Origin: an uncultured Pseudomonadota bacterium | Lineage (GTDB): Bacteria > UBA10199 > JADFYH01 | Length of the DNA stretch: 64,000 nucleotides | Assembly: GCA_964556135.1 (NCBI GenBank) | Contig: CAZKUY010000002.1 | Location: 27,259 to 91,258 of the forward strand | Direction: 5' to 3' | Shown here: one piece after another, positions 26,986-35,963 of the stretch | Numbering within the stretch: position 1 is the first letter of the stretch | Layout: the number at the start of each line of letters is the position of its first letter | Made by a program: the position numbers and the translations under genes | Notes under the pieces: generated by a model | What the model saw: only the letters and a program-made list of their open reading frames with translations | Databases searched by the model: none | What the model was told of the DNA's origin: nothing

Positions 26986-27946
26986 CGACTTGGCCTATTC
27001 TCTCTTCTAATAAATCCATGAACTTTTTCTCGGCTTTGATTTTTTGCACGACATTAATTTCACGAATTCCCATGGGAGATGTCACATTAATTTCGGTGAG
27101 TTTTCCACCAATCAAATCAATGCCTGCGAAATCAATCCCCCAGCCCTGAAGGACTCGTCCAATAAATTGGGCCGCCTTTATTTCTTCCGCCGTCAACTTG
27201 CAGGCTTTCATGTGTCCACCACTATGAAGATTCGCACGGTGGGAACCTTTCGCAGGAACTCTCGCAAAAAAGCCTAAAATCTCACCGCCCAATAAGAGAA
27301 TCCTTTTGTCACCTTTTTGAACCGCGGGAAGATATTCCTGACAAATCACAAATTCTCGACCTTCATTACCTAAAGTTTCAAAAGCTACTTTCAAATTCGA
27401 GTCTTGAGGTTTTAAATAAAAAACTCCCCTGCCGCCTGAGCTATTCAAAGGTTTCAGAATGCAGCCTTTTTTTTGCTTCTTCGCAAAACGAGCGGCCTCT
27501 TCCCAAGATCGAGTGATACAAGTGTCAGGAATGTATTCGCCAAACCACAAAGGAAAAACCTTTTCCGAAATAGCCATGACGCCCACGGGATCATTCATCA
27601 GATAAACCCGACCTCGAAGCTGAGCGAGTAAATAAAGATGGTGAAGATAACTCAAATCGAAGGGAGGGTCTTTGCGAAGTAGCACTGCAGAAGTCTCTGA
27701 AAGCTTGAGCTTAAGTGTTTGTTTTTCTTTATAAAAAGGCTTCTTTCCCATGCCTAAAATCTCAATTTCCTTACCTTTGGCCCAAACTTCGTTGCCTTCG
27801 CAATAAAGGTTTGGCAGCTCGACACAAAAAATGCCATAACCCCGGCTTTGAGCCTCCTTCATCATGAAGAGGGTCGTTTCGCCTTCGGGATTAAAATTTT
27901 CAAGGGGATCGATTATAAAGCTAAGATAAGGTTTTTGGTTTCGCAT
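26969..27946 (-). CDS. gshB: Glutathione synthetase (prokaryotic ATP-grasp GshB type)
   Basis: The N-terminal domain (LSFIIDPLENFNPEGETTLFMMKEAQSRGY) aligns with the GshB N-terminus. The C-terminal half is ATP-grasp (LKPLNSSGGRGVF...). Confidence 0.75.
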   Translation of the reverse strand: MRNQKPYLSFIIDPLENFNPEGETTLFMMKEAQSRGYGIFCVELPNLYCEGNEVWAKGKEIEILGMGKKPFYKEKQTLKLKLSETSAVLLRKDPPFDLSYLHHLYLLAQLRGRVYLMNDPVGVMAISEKVFPLWFGEYIPDTCITRSWEEAARFAKKQKKGCILKPLNSSGGRGVFYLKPQDSNLKVAFETLGNEGREFVICQEYLPAVQKGDKRILLLGGEILGFFARVPAKGSHRANLHSGGHMKACKLTAEEIKAAQFIGRVLQGWGIDFAGIDLIGGKLTEINVTSPMGIREINVVQKIKAEKKFMDLLEERIGQVDASKN

Positions 27947-28862
27947 GAAAAAATTCCAAGTAAAAAAGAGTCAGCGTTTAGATATGTTTTTAAAGGATGC
28001 TGCTCAATTATCCCGCAAAGAAGCCAAACGCCTACTCGATGCAGGAAAAGTCTTCGTCAATAAACGCAAAGTTATCATTGCTTCATGGGAACTCGAAATC
28101 ACCGACGAAGTCAGCATTCACGAGGAAGAGGATAGCACCCCTCTTCTGGATGCCGCAAAGAATTATTTTCTGAAAGTCGTCTTCGAAGATGAGTTTATCA
28201 TCGTCGTAGAAAAAGATGCAGGGGTTCCTTCCGAACCTACTGCAACGGCTTTAAAGCCAGACCTTCCCGAAATCATTTACCAATATCTAAAACGTGTAAA
28301 ACCTCACTTCACCCATCCCAAACTTTTAAAACTTCATCGTTTGGACCAAGCTACTTCGGGACTCATGGTTTACGGTAAATCCAATAAAGCGCTTCCTTTG
28401 TTGGGTGACTTTAAAAAGCATAATATTTTGAGAAGCTACCTTGCTTTAGTTGAGGGTCGCGTTAAAAACGATCAAGGTCATATTGATGTGCCACTGGTGA
28501 AGCTCGCACATAAAAGAGGCGAGAAAATGAAGGTGGGAAAACTCTCTGAAGGCGCCAAAACAGCACTGACAGATTATCGTGTTTTGCAACGCTACCCCAA
28601 TCACACCCTGCTTCAAGTCCATTTGCAGACAGGCCGCACCCATCAAGTCAGAGCCCATTTAGCGCACTTAGGAAACCCGATTGTCGGTGATTTTATTTAC
28701 GGAAAAAATCCCAAGAATAAATCTTTAGGAGCAATCGCGCTCCACTCTCATGAATTAGGCTTTACCCATCCCGTCACTCAAAAAAAGGTAAAGTTTAAAT
28801 CAAAACCGCCTAAACATTTCCAATCCATGCTCGACCTTCAACTGAAGAGTGTTTTGAAGTAA
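27945..28862 (+). CDS. rluD: RluA-family 23S rRNA pseudouridine synthase (RluD-like, with N-terminal S4 domain)
   Basis: S4-like N-terminus (QRLDMFL...), catalytic motif HRLDQATSGLMVYGKS, and TGRTHQVRAHLAHLGNPIVGD. Confidence 0.85.
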   Translation: MKKFQVKKSQRLDMFLKDAAQLSRKEAKRLLDAGKVFVNKRKVIIASWELEITDEVSIHEEEDSTPLLDAAKNYFLKVVFEDEFIIVVEKDAGVPSEPTATALKPDLPEIIYQYLKRVKPHFTHPKLLKLHRLDQATSGLMVYGKSNKALPLLGDFKKHNILRSYLALVEGRVKNDQGHIDVPLVKLAHKRGEKMKVGKLSEGAKTALTDYRVLQRYPNHTLLQVHLQTGRTHQVRAHLAHLGNPIVGDFIYGKNPKNKSLGAIALHSHELGFTHPVTQKKVKFKSKPPKHFQSMLDLQLKSVLK

Positions 28863-28976
28863 TTTTACGCGAGCCCCTAAAATAAGAAGGCGATAGCCGC
28901 TGAAGGGGAGGCTCTATCACGCTTTGCGTGATGGAGGGGGCGATGACCAAAGGAAATCCCTGTGGGACGCGAGCCC

Positions 28977-29525
28977 CTAATATGACGCGCTGACTTCACG
29001 AGTGGTGTTGGTGATAATCACGACATTAGGTTGAGTGACGGAACCGCCGCCCATTTTAACGGTCACATTATAGGTGCCCGTGGGCAAAGTCTTCACTTGC
29101 GAGGCTTTAAAGGAACTGACTACTTTTCCGTCTAAATTCGAGACTTCCACACTATCCTTTGTGGCATTGGGACTCATTACTTTTAAATTTCCATAGCCCG
29201 TCACCTTCACATCGGTTCGCTCGGTTGGATAAACAGTAAGTTGACTGGTCCATTCTGCATCTTGCAATTTTACTTTGAGGGAATAATCACCGACGGGCAC
29301 CTTAATTGTTTCACCCGGTTTGAAGCTTTGCTGGTATCCAGAACCCGCATCACGATTTTTATCTTGGGTCATTTGGATTTCGCAAACATCAGTGGAAAGA
29401 GGAGTCTCCACCATCAGTTGACCATACTTACGTTCCGAGCGAGGCGCCACGGGGTCTAAAGCCCAAACACTTTGCAAGCTAAACAAAAAAACTGTTACGA
29501 AAACGAAAAGTTTTTTCGAATTCAC
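28977..29525 (-). CDS. Secreted beta-rich hypothetical protein
   Basis: Signal peptide MNSKKLFVFVTVFLFSLQSVWA. No known motifs. Confidence 0.55.
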   Translation of the reverse strand: MNSKKLFVFVTVFLFSLQSVWALDPVAPRSERKYGQLMVETPLSTDVCEIQMTQDKNRDAGSGYQQSFKPGETIKVPVGDYSLKVKLQDAEWTSQLTVYPTERTDVKVTGYGNLKVMSPNATKDSVEVSNLDGKVVSSFKASQVKTLPTGTYNVTVKMGGGSVTQPNVVIITNTTREVSASY

Positions 29526-29536
29526 TGCTTTGCCTC

Positions 29537-30829
29537 CTAGGCTTTTTCGATACGATCTGTTTTTTCGACCTTCACTTCCCCATCATTATTAAAAGTACGA
29601 TTTGGAATTTGAGGGACAAGAATAAGATCGCCTCGTTTCAAACTATCCAATGCTTGATTCAGTTTGCTTTCGTTTTTATCCTGACGAGTCACGTGCCATC
29701 GTCCTGCAGGTCCACAAACTACGATTTCAGACTTTCCTTTTGAACCCATTAAATTACTGACTGCTCGATAGAGCTGAGGTTTGTCTTTTTTAATCGGGAG
29801 GCTATCCACTTCATTCACCGCTTTAGAAGTAAAAATGGCATAAGCATACTTCAGAAACTGATTGTCATTTTTTAAAACTTTGTCGAGGGATCCAATAAAA
29901 TCGGGCTTTTCCCATTCCTTGTAAAAATGGCACCAATCGCGTTGAGTCGCAATCAACATAGGACAAGGCTTGGCATGCAAGCAAGGAGCGTAAACATGAA
30001 GCGATTTTCGATGCAGGATATGATCTCGAACTTCCATCAGATCGCGCGTGCTTTTTTGTAAGGCAGGCTCCATTAAAATCAAATAGCCATCGGTCGAAAG
30101 ATGCCTCTGGTAAATTTTTTCGAGAAACTTCACCTTTTCTTCTGCAGTAGCCCCTCTCCATTCATTCAAGAAATTAGAAACAATGATCAGATCGTATTGA
30201 TCATTTTTCAAAAGAGTGTCGGGTTTTCCTCTGCGTAAATCAAAAGTTCTCGCCTGATGAATGAGCCTATAGTTATAACCTTTTGCTTTTAAATTTTTAA
30301 TCAGCTCTTCGTGTAGATTTTGCGCATCGCGAACAATGTGGTAATTTTGGTCTAGAGAAAGAAGATGGATTTCGTGTTTCTCAGTTTTACTGGCGCCTTC
30401 TCGGCGTGACAAATAATCGATGTAGCCTAAGGTGAAAGTTCCAGGCCCACTTCCCAAATCCAGAATTTTAACTTTGGACCTTTTGAAGAAAGATTTGGGC
30501 AGTCTTTCTAAAACCGCCTGAGCTTTGCAAAAATTTAAAGGAAGAAAATAAAGAAGGTAGCCGGCTCGTAAGCGCTTATCATTTAAGTAATTAGCGACCA
30601 ACTCGACCCTGTCACTCGTAAATAAACCTGAAAGATCTTTAGCCCCTTCTGCAAAGAATTTTAAATCTTGGGAGTTAAACTCTTTATCTGCAAACACCTC
30701 TTTTTTGGTAGAGGCATAGAAGGTCTGCTTGATGTATTTTTTGAGAATGGCTTCAAAGTATTTTGGGAAACTTATACGCATAAAATCCATAAATCCTAAT
30801 GAGATCAAATAATTATGCTTATTTAGCAC
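29537..30829 (-). CDS. Rsm22-family SAM-dependent methyltransferase (small ribosomal subunit Rsm22-like)
   Basis: SAM-binding motif ILDLGSGPGT and a Cys cluster (CLHAKPCP...WCHF). Length and layout fit the Rsm22 family. Confidence 0.55.
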   Translation of the reverse strand: MLNKHNYLISLGFMDFMRISFPKYFEAILKKYIKQTFYASTKKEVFADKEFNSQDLKFFAEGAKDLSGLFTSDRVELVANYLNDKRLRAGYLLYFLPLNFCKAQAVLERLPKSFFKRSKVKILDLGSGPGTFTLGYIDYLSRREGASKTEKHEIHLLSLDQNYHIVRDAQNLHEELIKNLKAKGYNYRLIHQARTFDLRRGKPDTLLKNDQYDLIIVSNFLNEWRGATAEEKVKFLEKIYQRHLSTDGYLILMEPALQKSTRDLMEVRDHILHRKSLHVYAPCLHAKPCPMLIATQRDWCHFYKEWEKPDFIGSLDKVLKNDNQFLKYAYAIFTSKAVNEVDSLPIKKDKPQLYRAVSNLMGSKGKSEIVVCGPAGRWHVTRQDKNESKLNQALDSLKRGDLILVPQIPNRTFNNDGEVKVEKTDRIEKA

Positions 30830-30984
30830 TCATAATGCAAGTTATGATCCAATAGTTTTTTCCCTTGAGTTATCGAAAAAGGCTGACTAGACATTTTCTT
30901 GAGGGATTTTAAGGGGATAAATGACTTGTTTCTCGAAGAAAAATTCAAAAATCTCATGACTTTCTCTCGGAAGGGCTATTCCTT

Positions 30985-31719
30985 ATGAAAGAAATTAAAC
31001 AATATGACAAAATTGGTGTTTTACTTCTTCATGGATTTACCTCCGGAGACAAAGCGGTCGTAGGCTTAGTCCCTCACCTTAAAAAGCTGAACATACCCTA
31101 TTTAAGACCGACTTTACGGGGCCATGGTACTCGTTTCCAAGACTTAAGGGGCGTCACCCATAAGGAGTGGTATGAAGACGCTGAAAAAGCTTTGTTAGAA
31201 CTCTCGAAAAAAGTCGATAAGGTCATTGTGGTGGGACTTTCCATGGGGGGACTTGTCACCTTAAAACTTGCCATGGAACATCCCGATAAAATTGCAGCCA
31301 TTGTCACAGTTGCCGCTGCATTAAAATTCTCGGACCCTCTCGCAGGCTTCAGTAAAATTTTAAGTCTCTTCGTTCCTTACTGGCCAGGACCTAAAACTTT
31401 TAATGATCGGAAATTCGCTAAGCAAAACAGTAATTATAAATGGCTGCCCACGAATGCATTCGCTTCTCTTTATGACTTTTCTAAGATTATTGAAAAAGAT
31501 TTGCCTCGAGTTAAAGTTCCCATTCTGGTCATTCATTCAAAGCTTGACCGCACCATTCCCGTCTCTGCCGCGAAAATCATTTATGAGAAAGTCTCTTCGC
31601 CTCATCGAGAAATAAAATGGTTTGAAAAATCCGGTCATGAAATGATGCAAGATATGGAAGCAGAAGAAGTTTTCAATGACATCACGACATTCATTCTCAA
31701 ATTCCGTAAAAAAAACTAA
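30985..31719 (+). CDS. Alpha/beta-hydrolase fold carboxylesterase
   Basis: HGFTSG oxyanion region, nucleophile elbow GLSMGG, and a C-terminal His (SGHEMMQD). Confidence 0.8.
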   Translation: MKEIKQYDKIGVLLLHGFTSGDKAVVGLVPHLKKLNIPYLRPTLRGHGTRFQDLRGVTHKEWYEDAEKALLELSKKVDKVIVVGLSMGGLVTLKLAMEHPDKIAAIVTVAAALKFSDPLAGFSKILSLFVPYWPGPKTFNDRKFAKQNSNYKWLPTNAFASLYDFSKIIEKDLPRVKVPILVIHSKLDRTIPVSAAKIIYEKVSSPHREIKWFEKSGHEMMQDMEAEEVFNDITTFILKFRKKN

Positions 31720-31729
31720 GGCATCCCTT

Positions 31730-32419
31730 TTATTCAAGACTGAACTTAATCGATATTTGAATGGGTAAACTGTAGTAGGGCAGCGGGCTGGCGCGTTTTA
31801 CGGTCGATAATGCTTCTTCGTCTAAGAGCTCTGAACCGCTGGATTTTACTAAAACAAGTTTCTCCGCTCCACCCGATTCGTTAATTGTAAAACTCAAAAC
31901 TGAAACACCTTGGATTTTCCTAGCACGCGCCAATACTGGATAGCGCTTCGACTGTTCGATTTTTCTACGGATCATTCCCAAAACCGAAGCAGCTGAATTT
32001 CCCTGTCCTTCCCCCTGACCAGAACCTTGTCCATTTCCTGTTCCTGAACCCACGCTCGAGGAAGTGGCACCAGCCCCTCCTTCTGAACTTTGCCCTGAGT
32101 TCTCCTCTCTTTTTTCTTTTTGACGCAGCTTTAATGCGTCATGATTTGTGCTGACTTTTTCTTGAGGCGACTTTGAAAATACCGCACTTTGTTTTTGACG
32201 AGAAATATTATCATTTGGATTTTGAACTCTTGTAGATGTCGGCTCTAGACCAGTGCCTAAGGATTTCAGATCAATCCAAACTTCTCCTTTTCCTCTCCCC
32301 TTTTCATCTTCGATCGTATCGCGGCGCACATAATAGGCTAAAAAAATAATTAGCAAGAAGAGACCTACATGCGTCAAAAAAGAAAAGAATAAAGAGAGAC
32401 TGATTTGCTTTTTCTTCAT
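31730..32419 (-). CDS. tonB: TonB-family energy transducer
   Basis: N-terminal TM anchor, Gly/Ser-rich linker and a TonB C-terminal domain (KRYPVLARARKIQGVSVLSFTINESG). Confidence 0.75.
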   Translation of the reverse strand: MKKKQISLSLFFSFLTHVGLFLLIIFLAYYVRRDTIEDEKGRGKGEVWIDLKSLGTGLEPTSTRVQNPNDNISRQKQSAVFSKSPQEKVSTNHDALKLRQKEKREENSGQSSEGGAGATSSSVGSGTGNGQGSGQGEGQGNSAASVLGMIRRKIEQSKRYPVLARARKIQGVSVLSFTINESGGAEKLVLVKSSGSELLDEEALSTVKRASPLPYYSLPIQISIKFSLE

Positions 32420-32430
32420 TCAAAAGCTCA

Positions 32431-33210
32431 CTAAAAATTCATCTTGGGTAAGTAGTAATGTTGATTATCCCGTCGAATCACATCTATTGAAGCATTGAAC
32501 ACTTCTGAAATATTTTGTTCGCTTAAAATCTCTTCGCTCGGACCAAACTTTGCGGCTTTACCTTTTTGCAGCAAAAGGATCTTCTCACAAGCTTGTCCCG
32601 CAAAATTCAGGTCATGTAAAACCGTAATTATCGTCAATTTTTTTTGAATATGAAGACTTTTTAAAAGCTTAAAAATTTCCACCTGGTGTTGAATATCAAG
32701 GTGGGTGGTGGGTTCATCTAATAACAAAATCTGGGCTTGTTGCGCTAAAGCTCGGGCCAACAAAACTCTCTCTTTTTCTCCGCCAGAAAGTTCCGTGACG
32801 AATCTATCTTGAAAAGCCAGACAATCTGTTAATTCCATGGCCTCCTGGGTAATTTCTAAATCCTTTTTACTTTCATAGGCCAAGGGTTTGAGATGAGACC
32901 AGCGCCCCATGAGCACCACATCTTTTGCCGTAAATGGAAAGAGCACATCAAAACTTTGCGGGACCACTGCAATTTTTCGGGCGCGTTCCCGCATGCTTAA
33001 AGCTTCAATTTTTTTACCTAGAAGCTGAATACTTCCGCTTTCAGGCTTGAGATATCCTGCCAATAAGCGAATCAAGGTGGTCTTACCACTCCCATTAGCG
33101 CCCATCACCCCAATAAAATCGCCTGATTCAACTTCAAGATTGAGATGATCAATGAGTTTCTCTTCTCCGTAGCGAAAACTGAGGTTTTGAAGCTCGTAAA
33201 GTGGATTCAT
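32431..33210 (-). CDS. btuD: Iron-siderophore/cobalamin-type ABC transporter ATP-binding protein (BtuD/FecE family)
   Basis: Walker A GANGSGKTT, signature LSGGEKERV and Walker B LLLDEPTTHLD. It overlaps the upstream permease gene by 4 nt. Confidence 0.85.
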   Translation of the reverse strand: MNPLYELQNLSFRYGEEKLIDHLNLEVESGDFIGVMGANGSGKTTLIRLLAGYLKPESGSIQLLGKKIEALSMRERARKIAVVPQSFDVLFPFTAKDVVLMGRWSHLKPLAYESKKDLEITQEAMELTDCLAFQDRFVTELSGGEKERVLLARALAQQAQILLLDEPTTHLDIQHQVEIFKLLKSLHIQKKLTIITVLHDLNFAGQACEKILLLQKGKAAKFGPSEEILSEQNISEVFNASIDVIRRDNQHYYLPKMNF

Positions 33211-34169
33211 GCGCCTCTCCTTTTAAGGAGGTAGAAAAAACAAGGGGCTCCTATGAGCGCGGTAATTACACCTACGGGCAATTGAGTCTGAAATTGCTGG
33301 GAAGAAAACGCCATACGAGCAATCCAATCTGCCAAGACTAAAAAGCCAGCCCCACCTAACATCGCCGCAGGCAATACTCTTCGATGATCGCTGCCCATCA
33401 TTAAGCGCATCATGTGGGGAACCGCGAGGCCTACAAAACCAATCAAGCCTGAAATCGAAACGGTGGCACCGATCATGAGAGAGGCCGCAAAAAAAACTCT
33501 TCTTCTCACTCTTTCTACATCGACTCCCAACAAAGCGGCGGATTCTTCTCCCAAAGTAATCAGATTTAAAGCAGAAGCATCCCAAAAAAGGACGGCGGTG
33601 CCCGACAAAACAAAACAGGCAAGCACTGCAATACGCGAATACTCCATGGCTTCCAGTGAACCCACCATCAAAAACCAAATACGATGCAAATCTTCCATCG
33701 AAACCAAAGAATTTAAAAAGAGGATGAGTGCGAAGGTCGTCGCATTAAATAGCACTCCTACCAACAGCAGCGTGTGGGGATTGAGTCTTCCTTTAACGCG
33801 CGCCAACCAATAGATCAGAATCATCGATGCAAAAGCGGAGAGAAAAGCGACGAGTGATACAGATATGAATGAGAGATGTAAACCAACCGCGACCACACTT
33901 CCCAAGGCTGCGCCTCCTGAAACACCTAAGATAAAAGGGTCTGCGAGAGGATTTCTGAGCAGGGCTTGAAAGGCAACGCCCGCAACAGACAGAGACATTC
34001 CCACCAAAGCCCCCACCAAAATCCGAGGAAGTCGCACCTCCCAGAGCAGAGTTCCTGCTAAAGAATCAGGATTGACGAAGGCTTCTTTTAGAGAGAGCGG
34101 TTCCACTCCAAAACCAAGAGATAGTAAAATCACCCCTATCAAAAAAATGAACAGGATCAGCCACTTCAT
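33207..34169 (-). CDS. btuC: FecCD-family ABC permease (BtuC-like)
   Basis: Nine or ten TM segments with a FecCD-type conserved Gly-rich region (LLGVDVERVRR...). Confidence 0.85.
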   Translation of the reverse strand: MKWLILFIFLIGVILLSLGFGVEPLSLKEAFVNPDSLAGTLLWEVRLPRILVGALVGMSLSVAGVAFQALLRNPLADPFILGVSGGAALGSVVAVGLHLSFISVSLVAFLSAFASMILIYWLARVKGRLNPHTLLLVGVLFNATTFALILFLNSLVSMEDLHRIWFLMVGSLEAMEYSRIAVLACFVLSGTAVLFWDASALNLITLGEESAALLGVDVERVRRRVFFAASLMIGATVSISGLIGFVGLAVPHMMRLMMGSDHRRVLPAAMLGGAGFLVLADWIARMAFSSQQFQTQLPVGVITALIGAPCFFYLLKRRGA

Positions 34170-35083
34170 AGGCTTTTTCCCTCAGAAGGAGATTTTTGTA
34201 AGGCTTCGAATAGCTTCAGCAGTTCCGCGGGCAAGCGTGGACTCGCTCGCAAAGCCCCTATATCCCAAAAATAAAGCCGATTATTTCGAATGGCTGGAAT
34301 TCCCTTCATAGCCTCTAACTCTCGTTTAGATTCTTTGCGTGCCGTTTCATTGGCTTCGCTTCCCATGGCAAAATTCAAAATATAATCGGGCGCCACGGCA
34401 TAAACTTGTTCCACCGAAAAATTAGGGTATTTCAAACGGCTTTCGTCCACTGCATTTTGCAGACCCAAATAGGGTGCAACGTCATTCATGAGATTTCCGG
34501 ATCCTGCCACAATCAACGGATGTTGCCCCACCATAAAAAGAGTTTTTGCGGGCTTCCAAGACGGATTCGCTTTTTTGAGATTTTCCACCTTCATTTTCAA
34601 ATCATTCATTTGGGCATCGAAATTTTTCAAAAGATCATCTGCATTCGAAGATTTTCCAACATCTCTTCCCAAAGTCGAAAAAGTCTCTCGCAATTGCAAA
34701 AGCGTATCCGTTTTATAGGTCAAAACTTTGTAACCCTTCCGCATCAAATACTCGATTTCGCGACGCTGACTATTTTCCTCTGAGGTAATAATGAGATCTG
34801 GTTTTTTCGCGATGAGTTTTTCAATATCAGGCTGGAGATAGTCTGAAACTTTATCAATTTTTTTGGCTTCAGGAGGATAGTCACAGAAGGTGGTCACTCC
34901 CACAATTTTATCACCAAGTCCTAAAGCAAAAAGTATTTCAGTAAGGTTGGGTTTGAGGGAAATAATTCGATCGTAGGCAAAAAGCGGGAAGCTTAAAAAA
35001 AAGAAAAAAAGAAAAAAACTAAGTTTGATAAGAATTTGATTGGAGCTCTCGTAACCAGCTAGAGAAAAGATTTTCCAAGGCAT
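34166..35083 (-). CDS. btuF: Periplasmic binding protein of cluster A / class III (BtuF/FhuD-like)
   Basis: The ATG at 35083 gives a signal peptide, followed by RIISLKPNLTEILFALGLGDKIVGVT, typical of BtuF-like PBPs. It overlaps the upstream TPR ORF by ~65 nt. Confidence 0.7.
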   Translation of the reverse strand: MPWKIFSLAGYESSNQILIKLSFFLFFFFLSFPLFAYDRIISLKPNLTEILFALGLGDKIVGVTTFCDYPPEAKKIDKVSDYLQPDIEKLIAKKPDLIITSEENSQRREIEYLMRKGYKVLTYKTDTLLQLRETFSTLGRDVGKSSNADDLLKNFDAQMNDLKMKVENLKKANPSWKPAKTLFMVGQHPLIVAGSGNLMNDVAPYLGLQNAVDESRLKYPNFSVEQVYAVAPDYILNFAMGSEANETARKESKRELEAMKGIPAIRNNRLYFWDIGALRASPRLPAELLKLFEALQKSPSEGKSL

Positions 35084-35804
35084 CGAGATGCAGAGCCATG
35101 CCCTGTAAATGGGCCTGGCGCGCTGAGCAAACTTCTTGTCGCAAGTCTTGTGCTTTCGTACGTAATTTTTCAATTTCCAATACATAATCTCTGGGTTTTA
35201 AATTTCTCAAGTGCAACTGATCTCGCTCTTGATAAATGCTCGCAAACTGCAAATAGGTTCGCGCCACTTCTTGCCAATCAGGCGTGTGACTCGTCACTTT
35301 TTGTACGCGACTAAAGTAACGGACCGCTTCTTCATGGCGCTCGCGATGTAAGGCCACACGGCCCATCCAAAAAAGAGCCTCTGCATTCTTAGGTTCTATT
35401 TCGAGTGCCGAAAATAATTCTCTTTGAGCTTCTTCCATTCTTCCTAAATGAAAAAGTGCTTCCGCGCGCTTGATCAAAAGAGAAGGTTCATGCCCAATTC
35501 TCAATGCTAAGTCATAAAAATTCAAGGCAGCAAAAGCTTGCGAAGCATCCAGGAGACGGTCTCCTAAAACACCCAAATGACGAGCGACATGCTGCGGACT
35601 AGAGACTGAGTGAACGCGCACTTTTCCCTGAGAAGCACTGACAAATTCAGGCTGCGCAAAACTTAAACCAGAAACATTCGAAGGCAGAGCTTGATCGAGT
35701 CGCTCTAAATCCGATGCGGAGGCGCCTGGCATTTTCAGCTCGACGCACTTTCCTTGGTTTTGCGAAAAAAGAAAAATGGAACTCACGACAAACCCTTTAA
35801 ACAA
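35019..35804 (-). CDS. TPR-like repeat protein
   Basis: Several TPR-like helix pairs. Its 3' end overlaps btuF, so the ORF boundary is uncertain. Confidence 0.5.
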   Translation of the reverse strand: MFKGFVVSSIFLFSQNQGKCVELKMPGASASDLERLDQALPSNVSGLSFAQPEFVSASQGKVRVHSVSSPQHVARHLGVLGDRLLDASQAFAALNFYDLALRIGHEPSLLIKRAEALFHLGRMEEAQRELFSALEIEPKNAEALFWMGRVALHRERHEEAVRYFSRVQKVTSHTPDWQEVARTYLQFASIYQERDQLHLRNLKPRDYVLEIEKLRTKAQDLRQEVCSARQAHLQGMALHLDALENLFSSWLRELQSNSYQT

Positions 35805-35963
35805 ATTATTATTAGTATAAAGGCTTTGCCACGATCTCTACTTTTTGGTCAAGAAAAGAATTGAGGTGCTGGAACCTCTGGGGTCTCAGAACCTCAAATA
35901 ATTCTGTGCCCATCTATTTTTTCTCTTTCAAGCCCATAAAAATAACGCTAGCTCCACTATATT

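Noticed and set aside
35805-35963. Second riboswitch or B12 box upstream of the btuF-side operon
   Set aside because: I looked for GCCACTG or GGTGAAA-type blocks in this spacer and found none.
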